From: Candidatus Buchananbacteria bacterium
GTDB lineage: Bacteria > Patescibacteriota > Patescibacteriia > Buchananbacterales > UBA6539
Reading direction: 5' to 3'
Assembly: GCA_041664165.1 (NCBI GenBank)
Contig: JBAYLH010000004.1
Span: 11,974 to 75,973, forward strand
Length of the DNA: 64,000 nucleotides
Part shown: piece by piece, positions 1-8,348 of the stretch
How positions within the stretch are numbered: position 1 is the first letter of the stretch
How the letters are laid out: each line of letters starts with the position of its first letter
Translations under genes and position numbers: made by a program
Notes under the pieces: generated by a model
What the model saw: the letters and a program-made list of their open reading frames with translations, nothing else
Databases searched by the model: none
What the model was told of the DNA's origin: nothing

Positions 1-974
1 AACTTCGGCTATAAGTCGGGGTATATTTAGTTAGAACCCGGCCATAACGAACTTTGGCTTCATTGGCGTAGCCAATAGCATGGCCAGTGCCGGAGTCAGG
101 TACGCCAGCGACAATGTCAATTTCAACACTGTCTCTTTTGGCCAAAGCTGCCCCGCAGCGGTAACGAACCGTTTCAACCTGTTTGCCTTCATATTCGGCG
201 GCCGGGTAACCAGTATAAATCCAGAAGAAACAACAAATGCGGCAGTTGCACTTATCTCCTTCCTGGAGAACTCTTGGTCCAGCTTCGGTGATTTCTAGAA
301 TTTCTCCAGGCTTGAAACAGCGCGTTGGCTGATATCCAAGGTTATACAAGGCACAACTTTCCGTGGTAATGGCATAACCGCCGGGTTTTTCGCCGAAGCA
401 AAGTGGACTGACACCATAACGATCACGGGCAGCAATTAAGCGGCCATCTTCAGCCAAAATCATCAGCGATATCGAGCCGTCGATCTGTGACCAAAGATTA
501 TTGATGCCGGTAACGAAGTCCTGACCTTGGCAGATTAACCGGGCGACAACTTCGGTGCTGTTGATTTTCGTGCCGTTAGTTCCAATCAGTGGTGCTGTTT
601 GGCGTAGTCTTTCAACTAGTTCTTCCAGGTTATTGATTAAACCCATAGTGACGATGGCAAAAGTGCCAAAGGCAGAGTCAACGATTACCGGTTGGGCATC
701 ATGGTCGGAAATAACCCCAATGCCGAGCTTGGCGTCTTTGACTGGATTGCCAAATTTGAGGGTATTCGTTAAAGTGGTGATGTCTTTTTCGAAACGATCC
801 TTAAATTGGGCACCGGCGCTAATATCATGAATCTTGCGCCAGAGTTGGCCGCCGGTTACAAAAGTCATTCCAGCCCGTTGGCTTCCTAAATGGGAATGAT
901 AATCCGTTCCATAAACGACATCCAGGATACAAGTTCTGGTATCTTGATGTGAAACACCAAAGATTCCACTCATC
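1..974 (-). CDS. purF: amidophosphoribosyltransferase-like protein (class II glutamine amidotransferase N-domain + PRTase domain); gene continues beyond window start (C-terminus missing)
   Basis: Minus-strand translation from ATG at 974 gives MSGIFGVSHQDTRTCILDVVYGTDYHSHLG..., and further on a PRTase-type motif VAGVPDSGTGHAIGYANEAKVRYG. AAGGAG lies 8 nt upstream of the ATG. The plus-strand track ORFs 80..298 and 555..830 are antisense shadows of this gene. Confidence 0.6.
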
Positions 975-1024
975 GTTTTTCTCCTTGTCCTTTACCTGAT
1001 TACGTTAATGCCAAAAGTGAAAAG

Positions 1025-1056
1025 AGCGAGTTCCCTCGCGCTGGTATTTTACTGCT
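1025..1056 (-). terminator. putative rho-independent terminator downstream of the 1075..2565 gene
   Basis: On the minus strand GCGAG-GGAA-CUCGC hairpin followed by a U-rich tract (UCUUUUCACUUUUGG). Confidence 0.4.
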
Positions 1057-1074
1057 TTAATTTTTAGCTGTCAA

Positions 1075-2565
1075 TCAAAGTAATTTGGAAATATAGTAAT
1101 CAACCGGAGCAAACTCATCAGTTAAAATTTTAACCCCAGCATCAATTTTAATTTCATTTGTCCATAAATGACTGACTAATTCTTTTTGGATATCCGATGA
1201 CTTATCCAGCAGTTCTTGTTTAGTCAGCCGGCTTTGATTTTTTGAAGCGATAATAACTATATTCTGACTTTTTTCAGTATTCGTACCGTCATAGTAATGA
1301 GCGGGAAAAATATAGATTTGTGGAAAGAATTGTTTCAAAGTAAGGTATTCGGCCTGAAAAAAAATTGATTTTTCGCCACTCAGCGAAGAAATCAAATTTA
1401 AAACCAAAATACCATTATCCGACAAAGACTGATAAATTTTTTCGACGGTTTCTTCGGTGGTCAGCTGAAAAGGAATTGAGTAATAAGAAGCAAAAGCGTC
1501 GCCGTAAATGATATCGTAAGTAGTTTTGTTTTGGTTCAAAAATAGCCGGCCGTCTTGGTGATAAATTTTTAGTCGCGGGTCATCGGCTAGCTGAAAATAT
1601 TTTTTCGCCACCTCGGTTACTTTCGGGTCAATTTCCACTACGGTCATTTCGGCTTCAGGGTAGCGGCTTAAAAAATTAACCGGTGCGACATAAGCGCCGC
1701 CGCCCAAAGTTAAAGCCTTTTTTATCTGCGGCTGAAAAAGATTATCTAAAAGGTAAAACTGTTCATATTTAGAAAATAAATTTGGCGAATTTTTGTAGAT
1801 GATTGAATGAGTCTCGGTTGCTAAGTATAAAATCCGGATCGGTATCTTGTCAGTGCCATAAAATTTATCAGCGACTCGGATGTGGTTATAAGCGCTGTCG
1901 GTTTCAAAAATGTAGGGCGAAGGGATGGTTTGAAAAATTAGCCAAACTAAGCCAATAAAAACCAAGGCCGCAATTTTTAGTTTAAATTTGCCGGATAAAA
2001 GCGAGCTTAAAATTAAAATTAAGCTCAAGCCGAAAAGGATTTGAGTGCTGCCGAAAGCGGGAATTAAATAAAACCCGGCCAAAAAAGTGCCGGCAATACT
2101 GCCCAAAGTTGACAAAGCATAGAGATTTCCGGCGACTTCCCCGGAACCTTGAATATTTTCGATTTTTAGCCTGATCGCATAGGGAGAAACCATGCCTAAA
2201 ATTACGCTCGGTAAGGCAAAAAGCAGTAAAGTTGCTGAAATTGAGCCAAATTTTACCCCCTGAGCCATGGCAAAATTTAAGACCGGCTGTTTGATTAAAG
2301 TGATTAGTAGAATCGAGATGCCGCCAAAAAATAAAATTTTAGCTAAAATCGACAGTTGGGGATTTTTTTCTGAAATTTGCCCGCCTAAATAATAGCCGAG
2401 ACTCAAGGAACCCAAAATTATGCCAATCAGCGAAGCCCAAACAAAAATTGAAGTTCCCAAGTAAGGCGCTAGAATTCTTGAGCCGATGAGTTCTAAAATC
2501 ATCACCGCCGCGCCGGAGACAAAGATAATCGCATTAAGGCTTTGATTTTTATATTTTTCGTTCAT
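1075..2565 (-). CDS. spermidine synthase-like (polyamine aminopropyltransferase family) protein fused to an N-terminal polytopic membrane domain
   Basis: 496-aa ORF. The N-terminal ~200 aa are hydrophobic helices. The C-terminal half has a PABS-type motif LGGGAYVAPVNFLSRYPEAEMTVVEIDPKVTEVAKKYF. Confidence 0.7.
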   Translation of the reverse strand: MNEKYKNQSLNAIIFVSGAAVMILELIGSRILAPYLGTSIFVWASLIGIILGSLSLGYYLGGQISEKNPQLSILAKILFFGGISILLITLIKQPVLNFAMAQGVKFGSISATLLLFALPSVILGMVSPYAIRLKIENIQGSGEVAGNLYALSTLGSIAGTFLAGFYLIPAFGSTQILFGLSLILILSSLLSGKFKLKIAALVFIGLVWLIFQTIPSPYIFETDSAYNHIRVADKFYGTDKIPIRILYLATETHSIIYKNSPNLFSKYEQFYLLDNLFQPQIKKALTLGGGAYVAPVNFLSRYPEAEMTVVEIDPKVTEVAKKYFQLADDPRLKIYHQDGRLFLNQNKTTYDIIYGDAFASYYSIPFQLTTEETVEKIYQSLSDNGILVLNLISSLSGEKSIFFQAEYLTLKQFFPQIYIFPAHYYDGTNTEKSQNIVIIASKNQSRLTKQELLDKSSDIQKELVSHLWTNEIKIDAGVKILTDEFAPVDYYISKLL

Positions 2566-2598
2566 TATTAGGTTATTAATTTCAACAGTTGCTATTTT

Positions 2599-3717
2599 TT
2601 ATGCCGCGCCGGAGAAAAAAATGGTTAAAATGATGATTATTAAAATTAAAATAATCGCCAGCAGCAGAAAAATCATTTTGATTTTATTGGTTTTATCTTT
2701 GAACCGATAAACTAAAACCAAGCCAATCGCCAAAGCGATCATAAATAAGGTCAATAAAAGCAAGGCAATAACTTTGCCTTTTGATTGCAGAAAAAGAGAA
2801 GTAATGCCGAAAGCCGTAGTTAGAAAATAGAGAAAAACTACCGCTTGCCTTTGGGTCAAGCCGATGTCTAAAAGTCGGAAGTGAAGATGCTTGGCGTCCG
2901 GTTTGGTCGGCGACGAGCCTTGCCAGATTCGGCGGCCAATAACCCAGATGACGTCTAAAATCGGTATGCCCATAATTAAAAGCGCGGTGGCAATTTTTGA
3001 ACCGGAAATAATCGCCAAAATCCCCAGCATGAAGCCGCAAAAAACGCTGCCGCCTTCGCCGAGAAAAATTTTTGCCGGATGCCAGTTAAAAGCCAAAAAA
3101 CCCAGGCAGCTGCCGGCTAAAATTAAAGCTAAAACGGAAGTGCCAGATCCGGCAACATCCCAGGATAAACTGACGATAAAAATAATCAGCGAGCCGATCG
3201 CGGTGACGCCGGCGGCCAAACCGTCCAGTCCGTCTAAAAATTTTGTCGTATAAACCATGCCCAGCAGCCAAAAGAAAGTGAGAAATAAACCCAGTTCGAC
3301 TGGGAATTTTAAAACGCCGCCCAAAGGGTTAGTGATGAATTGAATTCTGACGCCGGCCGCGATTACCAAAATAATCGCCATAAGCGGAAAAATAAACTGC
3401 CGGCTCGGCTTTAAGCTATACTTATCGTCAAGAAAACCGCCGATCATTAAAATTAAGCCGGCGGCTAAAATCGCTAAAATATGGAGGTTAGTGATTTTGG
3501 CATCGCTAATGTAGCCAAAATACCAAAAAATAACGGTCGTAACCGTAAAGGCTAAAAAAACCGCCAAACCGCCAAGCAGCGGAATCGGTTTGGAGTGGAT
3601 TTTACGCGGCGCCGGGGAATCAACAATTTTATTGGTCTGGGCGATAATTCTGATCAGCGGCGTAAAAAATAAGGCAAAAATTGTCGCCAGAAAAAACGGG
3701 GCTAAATAAAACGTCAT
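2599..3717 (-). CDS. polyprenol-phosphate HexNAc-1-phosphate transferase, glycosyltransferase family 4 (MraY/WecA family)
   Basis: 372 aa, ~10 TM segments. Motifs DDKYSLKPSRQF and DGLDGLAAG typical of MraY/WecA-type phosphosugar transferases. Confidence 0.75.
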   Translation of the reverse strand: MTFYLAPFFLATIFALFFTPLIRIIAQTNKIVDSPAPRKIHSKPIPLLGGLAVFLAFTVTTVIFWYFGYISDAKITNLHILAILAAGLILMIGGFLDDKYSLKPSRQFIFPLMAIILVIAAGVRIQFITNPLGGVLKFPVELGLFLTFFWLLGMVYTTKFLDGLDGLAAGVTAIGSLIIFIVSLSWDVAGSGTSVLALILAGSCLGFLAFNWHPAKIFLGEGGSVFCGFMLGILAIISGSKIATALLIMGIPILDVIWVIGRRIWQGSSPTKPDAKHLHFRLLDIGLTQRQAVVFLYFLTTAFGITSLFLQSKGKVIALLLLTLFMIALAIGLVLVYRFKDKTNKIKMIFLLLAIILILIIIILTIFFSGAA

Positions 3718-3729
3718 TATTTTTTCTTA

Positions 3730-6483
3730 TTATATTTCAGAGGCTTTGATAATCCTAATTTTGCCGCCGGCATCCAAAGAAACAGTGTCACGGCGATTAA
3801 TCTGGCCGGCAATTAAAAAATTGGCTAGCGGATCTTGAACTTTTTCCTGAATTAACCGGCGCAAAGGCCGGGCGCCGAATTCCGGGTCAAAGCCTTCGCT
3901 GGCTAATTCGGCCAAGGCTTGAGGGGAAGCGATTAAACCAATCCCCTTTTCGGAGAGATTTTTTCGGACTTTATTAAGCATTAAGCTGGCAATTTTTTGG
4001 ACGTCTTCCAGGCTCAGCGGTTTAAAGACAATTACGCCGTCAAACCGATTTAAAAATTCCGGCCGGAAGTACTGATTTAATTCCTTTTCAATCAGCGTTT
4101 GTTTGATTTGTTCAAGCGGAATATTTTGTTTGACCATTTCCTGAATTGATTTGGTGCCGGCATTGGAAGTGGCGATGATAATTGCGTTAGTAAAATCAAT
4201 CGTTTTCCCGCCGCTGTCAGTCAGCCGGCCGTCATCCATAATCTGTAAAAAGATATTTAAAATGTCAGGGTGAGCTTTTTCGATTTCATCAAGTAAAACC
4301 AAGGCAAATGGATTTTTTCGGACGGCTTCGGAAAAATAGCCGCCTTCTTCGGTCGTGCCGATTAAACGGTTAATACTGTTTTTTTCCTGATATTCGGACA
4401 TATCCAGCCGAATCATATTCTCTTCCGCGCCAAAATAAACTGCCGCCACGGTTTTAGCCAGTTCGGTTTTACCGACGCCGGTCGGTCCCAAAAAGAGTAA
4501 ATTAACGATTGGCCGTTTGAGATCGCGCATTTCGGCTCTGGCTCGCCGCAGACTGGCCGCCACCATGGCCACGGCTTCTTGCTGGTCAACCATTCTTTCG
4601 TGAATTTTATCTTCCAAATTAAGCAATTTTTCCGACTCTTCCTCGGTGATTTTGGTCAGCGGAATATTGGTTTTTTCCGAAATAATTAAAGCTACGTCGT
4701 TGGCGGCAATTAGAGAATTTTTCCCTTTTTGGTCGTGAGATCTAGCGGCGACTTCCTGCATAATCTGAATCGCCTTTTCCGGCAAAAAGCGGTCATGCAA
4801 ATAGCGGTCAGAAAGTTTTACCGCTTCTTCGATGGCATCGTAAGAGAAAAAGACCTGATTATGATATTCAATGGCGCCGGCTTTGGCTTCTAAAATTTGA
4901 ATGGCTTCGTTGCCGGAAACTTCTTCAACATTGATTTTTTCCAAGGAATTATCAAGCGAGCTTTTGCCTTCAAGGTAGCGGTGATAATCGCCGGGGGTAG
5001 TCGTGGTTAAGCACAAAATTGAATTATTAGCCAAAGCCTGAGCTAAAACATCCGCCAAATCAATACTGCCCTGCCGGCCGGCGGTAATGCCGATCATATT
5101 ATGAATATCGCCGATATATAAAATTATATTGCCGGATCGCCGAATTTCACTGAGGATTATTAATAATCGCTGCTGGGCTTCGGCCGGGCTGACGCCGCTG
5201 ACTAATTTGGCAACGCTTAAGCTGACTAAGCGCTTATCTTGCAAAAATTTCGGGACGTTTTCTTCGACCATGCTTTGAGCTAAGCCTTCGATGATGGAAT
5301 TTTTTCCGACGCCGGGGTTGCCGACTAAAATTACGCTGCGCCGGGTGCCGCCGGACATGATATTGAAAATGGATGCGATTTCTTTTTCCCGGCCGACGCA
5401 GGGCACTAAATAGCCGGCCTGGGCCAGTAAAGTCAAATCTTGGCTGAAAGTATCCAAAGCCGGCGTGGCAATCGCGGTCATTGACCGATTCATGGTATTT
5501 TTCGGCCGCAAGCCGGCTCGGCCTCGGAAATGCTGCCAGTTTTCCCGCAGCTGCCGCCTGATCCGTAGCCAGGCGATGACATTGGTAATTTTATCCAAAG
5601 TGATGTCGATATCGTAAAGCACTTCCTTAACTTCGTTATCTTGATTAGCCAAAGCTTCTAAAAGTTCGGTGATGTCAACTTTTTTTTGCCGCAGCTGGTA
5701 AGCCAAAAAATAGGCTTGAAAGATTATTTCTTTGATTTTATTGCTTAAAATCGCCGGTAATTCCGATTTTAGCGGCTGCTTCGCCAAAATTTTGGCAATT
5801 TTAGATTTTAAAGCCGAAAAAGAAACCCCAAGCCGGGAAAAAATTATTTGCGTCTGCTCAAAAGTCAGCAAAGCGACCAAAAGATGAATGGGATTAGTTT
5901 TTTCGTCATCGTAGCGGTTGGTTAACTGCCAGGCTTTAGTGATGGCCAAACTGGCTTCAGGGGTAAAATAAGGAGTGATATCGATTTTTTTATTTTTCGG
6001 CAATTGCTTGAATTCTTGCCAGCTGATCGGTTTTAAAATCAAATTTTCCGCCTCGAATTTTCTTTTTGGAATATGCTTGATTTTTTCCAATTCTCTTTGA
6101 AAGCGATAAAACAGGTAGCAATTGGAAAGCATGGAAAGCCAGAAAATAAAAAGTTGCCAGTTATGGATTAAAAAAACATACCAAACCGGAATTTTTTGTT
6201 CCACGGCGGCAAATAAAACCCAGCCAAACATTAAAACTCCCAAAACGCCAAAAAGGATTAAAGTCAAATTAATAACGTTTTTGACGAATAATTTGACTTG
6301 ATCCTGGGTAATCTGCAAGAAGTTGATTTTTTTGCCCCAATAAATTATTTCGCTGCCGGTCCAGGCGACTAAACCCAGCCCGTCGCACTCAATGCAGTTT
6401 TTTCTGTCAATTTTGCCGTTGCCTTGGCAATTAGGGCAAACTAAAATTTGCAGCTGTGATTTTTCCGGTTTGACTTCCGCCAT
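3730..6483 (-). CDS. ClpC/ClpB-family AAA+ chaperone ATPase with N-terminal Cys4 zinc ribbon and two transmembrane segments
   Basis: 917 aa. N-terminus CPNCQGNGKIDRKNCIECDGLGL, then hydrophobic helices. Two AAA modules with Walker A motifs GNPGVGKNS and GPTGVGKTELAK, plus Clp_N-like repeats. Confidence 0.75.
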   Translation of the reverse strand: MAEVKPEKSQLQILVCPNCQGNGKIDRKNCIECDGLGLVAWTGSEIIYWGKKINFLQITQDQVKLFVKNVINLTLILFGVLGVLMFGWVLFAAVEQKIPVWYVFLIHNWQLFIFWLSMLSNCYLFYRFQRELEKIKHIPKRKFEAENLILKPISWQEFKQLPKNKKIDITPYFTPEASLAITKAWQLTNRYDDEKTNPIHLLVALLTFEQTQIIFSRLGVSFSALKSKIAKILAKQPLKSELPAILSNKIKEIIFQAYFLAYQLRQKKVDITELLEALANQDNEVKEVLYDIDITLDKITNVIAWLRIRRQLRENWQHFRGRAGLRPKNTMNRSMTAIATPALDTFSQDLTLLAQAGYLVPCVGREKEIASIFNIMSGGTRRSVILVGNPGVGKNSIIEGLAQSMVEENVPKFLQDKRLVSLSVAKLVSGVSPAEAQQRLLIILSEIRRSGNIILYIGDIHNMIGITAGRQGSIDLADVLAQALANNSILCLTTTTPGDYHRYLEGKSSLDNSLEKINVEEVSGNEAIQILEAKAGAIEYHNQVFFSYDAIEEAVKLSDRYLHDRFLPEKAIQIMQEVAARSHDQKGKNSLIAANDVALIISEKTNIPLTKITEEESEKLLNLEDKIHERMVDQQEAVAMVAASLRRARAEMRDLKRPIVNLLFLGPTGVGKTELAKTVAAVYFGAEENMIRLDMSEYQEKNSINRLIGTTEEGGYFSEAVRKNPFALVLLDEIEKAHPDILNIFLQIMDDGRLTDSGGKTIDFTNAIIIATSNAGTKSIQEMVKQNIPLEQIKQTLIEKELNQYFRPEFLNRFDGVIVFKPLSLEDVQKIASLMLNKVRKNLSEKGIGLIASPQALAELASEGFDPEFGARPLRRLIQEKVQDPLANFLIAGQINRRDTVSLDAGGKIRIIKASEI

Positions 6484-6485
6484 GG

Positions 6486-6860
6486 TTAGAATAAGCCGAT
6501 AAAATTATTAAATATTTCATAGCCGATTATGACTGGCAAAATCAACCAAAACAAAAACAGGCAAAAAATCAGTATGGCCCAGACAAAAAGCAGAATCGTC
6601 CGGGCGATAATCTGAACGAGACGGATAAAAAAACTGATAATTCGGCCTTCAATGTCATATTGGCCGAACATCGGCGTAAAAAGATTTTTTGCCCAAACCG
6701 CCAGGCCAAGCCGTTCTTGCTGACCCTCAATTTCATTAAGGCAGTAAGCAGCGGTTTTAATCAGTCCCTTGGTGTACCACCAAATCGGCCAATACAAAAT
6801 ATCGCCGATTAAGTCGATAGCGACGTACTTGAAGCTGGTAAAGGCGAGGTTATTTGTCAT
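6486..6860 (-). CDS. hypothetical small membrane protein (operonic with the ClpC-like gene, 2-bp gap)
   Basis: 124-aa ORF; C-terminal 60 aa strongly hydrophobic; it ends 2 bp before the ClpC-like start. Confidence 0.5.
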   Translation of the reverse strand: MTNNLAFTSFKYVAIDLIGDILYWPIWWYTKGLIKTAAYCLNEIEGQQERLGLAVWAKNLFTPMFGQYDIEGRIISFFIRLVQIIARTILLFVWAILIFCLFLFWLILPVIIGYEIFNNFIGLF

Positions 6861-6927
6861 ATTTTAGTTAGTATCTTGACATTAATTATAACATAAAATT
6901 ATTTAAATAAAAATATGAGTTGAAGAT

Positions 6928-7144
6928 AAAAAAAAGAGCCCGCTTTGATGTATCCATACATTTAGGCAGGCTAGAAATGTTTCTGCATTGTTGCTTGGGG
7001 CCTCAAGTTTTAAGAGCTGACAAATCGGCATGCCTGCCTTGTCCTCCCAAGATAGGAGGAAACGACTCAGCTGAGTCTCTTTTGCCGCTCATTGCATGGG
7101 CAGGGGTACGCCATTTGGCGCTACCCGGGCAGAACATTTCGTGG
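6928..7144 (-). ncRNA. candidate structured small RNA of unassigned identity (6S-like long-hairpin architecture), ~215 nt
   Basis: GC-rich island in AT-rich intergenic DNA. Minus-strand TTGACA and TGnTATAAA promoter elements lie upstream. 5' segment CGAAAUGUUCUGC pairs with 3' segment GCAGAAACAUUUC; several internal perfect hairpins (GACUCAGCUGAGUC; CCUCC-UAUCUUG-GGAGG). Ends in hairpin AGCCUGC...GCGGGCU followed by U8. Only spurious ORFs (track 6920..7147). Confidence 0.4.
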
Positions 7145-7151
7145 TGATAAC

Positions 7152-7178
7152 TTTATATCAAAAATGAATATCTGTCAA
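7152..7178 (-). promoter_or_regulatory. putative sigma70-type promoter for the 6S-like RNA candidate
   Basis: Minus strand TTGACA, 15-nt spacer, extended -10 TGaTATAAA; the predicted start coincides with the paired 5' end of the RNA. Confidence 0.3.
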
Positions 7179-7180
7179 CT

Positions 7181-7504
7181 TTAAGTAATCGCGAAAAGTT
7201 TGTTAAATTCTTTTTTTATCTCTTCTTTTATCCTTTCTTCGGAAAAAAAAGTCGTAACAATTCCCGGCAGATCGCTTTCGCCGATTACTTCTTGGTCGGT
7301 TACAATAACCGTTCCGGAAAAATCAATCGTCAAAAATAGCTTTTCAACCGTGAACGAAAAACGCATGAAATTATCTTGCCAGCTTTTTTGCGGGTCAACT
7401 ACCGTCAGACCGGAAAAATTTCTGCCAATCAGTTCGTTGAGTTTATCGTCAATTTTTTGAATTGCCCCGGCTTGAGTGGTTTGGTGCAAAAGCGTGAGTT
7501 TCAT
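7181..7504 (-). CDS. hypothetical protein (107 aa)
   Basis: The track ORF 7181..7774 overlaps the upstream lipoprotein gene in another frame. An internal start MKLTLLHQTTQAGAIQKIDDKLNELIGRNF at 7504 sits 28 nt after the lipoprotein stop and is preferred. No recognisable family. Confidence 0.45.
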   Translation of the reverse strand: MKLTLLHQTTQAGAIQKIDDKLNELIGRNFSGLTVVDPQKSWQDNFMRFSFTVEKLFLTIDFSGTVIVTDQEVIGESDLPGIVTTFFSEERIKEEIKKEFNKLFAIT

Positions 7505-7532
7505 ATTTTTTATAATTATTAATGACAATTCT

Positions 7533-8081
7533 TTACTTATACCACTGGCACTCTTCTGCCACGCAGCCGCAGCTAACGCCATATTTTGTCTGGTCGTAGC
7601 AATCCGTCCATTCGCAAGTGCTGACTTCGCCGTTATTGGCCAAACCACAAATTTGGCCGGAGCAACCGGTGGCAGCGCAATCGGCATCAGTCTGGCATTT
7701 AGCTTTAGTTGAACGGCCGCAAAAGCCATTAAGATTAGTGGTAATTTTTTCCGCCTTGTTGTCTTGGCAATCAATGGCGCAGTTACATTTATCTTCTTTA
7801 TTTTTTACATCACAAACGCCATTGCCGCAATTGCTGCAGACGCCGATATCGCCTGGAGGGTTTGAGGCCTTACAATCGCCATTGTAACCAATATTATACA
7901 TCGGTTTTAAGCTGCCGCAGCAAGTAGCAGGTAAAAAATCATCATTCAGCCTCGTTTGTTCCCCTTCTTTGGCACAAACATCGTTACTCGCTTGATTATT
8001 ATTTATAATTGGTTTTTGAGTGCAACTGCTTAAAATGAATAAGCTGATGATAAAAGCAGAAAGCAAAAATGTTTTTTTCAT
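7533..8081 (-). CDS. cysteine-rich secreted lipoprotein
   Basis: 182 aa. Lipobox LSSC after a hydrophobic signal peptide. About 20 Cys in the mature part in CxC/CxxC-like spacing (CSNCGNGVCD, CNCAIDC, CGCVAEEC). Confidence 0.6.
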   Translation of the reverse strand: MKKTFLLSAFIISLFILSSCTQKPIINNNQASNDVCAKEGEQTRLNDDFLPATCCGSLKPMYNIGYNGDCKASNPPGDIGVCSNCGNGVCDVKNKEDKCNCAIDCQDNKAEKITTNLNGFCGRSTKAKCQTDADCAATGCSGQICGLANNGEVSTCEWTDCYDQTKYGVSCGCVAEECQWYK

Positions 8082-8183
8082 AATTTTTCTTTTTTAATCG
8101 CCTGCCTAATTTCAGACATTAAAGTTAAATAAAAACTAAGATTATTCAGCGTTGCCAATCTCATGCCTAGCGGCTCGTTAGTA
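8079..8183. repeat. direct repeat copy 1: duplicate of the tgt 3' end (~105 bp, 3 mismatches relative to copy 2)
   Basis: cataattt(t/c)tc(c)ttttttaatcgcctgcctaatttcagacattaa(a/g)gttaaataaaaactaagattattcagcgttgccaatctcatgcctagcggctcgttagt; on the minus strand it encodes a Tgt C-terminal remnant ...NEPLGMRLATLNNLSFYLTLMSEIRQAIKKEKL*. Confidence 0.85.
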
Positions 8184-8348
8184 TTGAGATTTCTTCCTTC
8201 TTATTACCATACCGACAATACCAATAATAACCGCAAGTAGCCCTAGTAGTTGGCCGCCAGGGCTATCGTCATATTCACCGTATACAAACATAAACACCCC
8301 AAACAATATGACGATAATTAATCCCGCTTTAGACTTATACCACTTCAT
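8178..8348 (-). CDS. small two-helix membrane protein (56 aa) in the segment inserted between the two tgt-tail repeat copies
   Basis: MKWYKSKAGLIIVILFGVFMFVYGEYDDSPGGQLLGLLAVIIGIVGMVIRRKKSQY*. Its ATG overlaps the tgt stop (TTATGA). Below the 60-aa track cutoff. Two hydrophobic helices and a basic tail. Confidence 0.4.
   Translation of the reverse strand: MKWYKSKAGLIIVILFGVFMFVYGEYDDSPGGQLLGLLAVIIGIVGMVIRRKKSQY

Noticed and set aside
80-830. Plus-strand track ORFs 80..298 and 555..830
   Set aside because: They lie antisense within the well-supported minus-strand purF-like gene and have no recognisable motifs.
2693-3271. Track ORFs 2693..3040(-), 2891..3253(+), 3086..3271(-)
   Set aside because: Alternative-frame or antisense shadows inside the GT4 MraY/WecA-like gene; compositionally biased (Arg/Gly/Pro-rich), no motifs.
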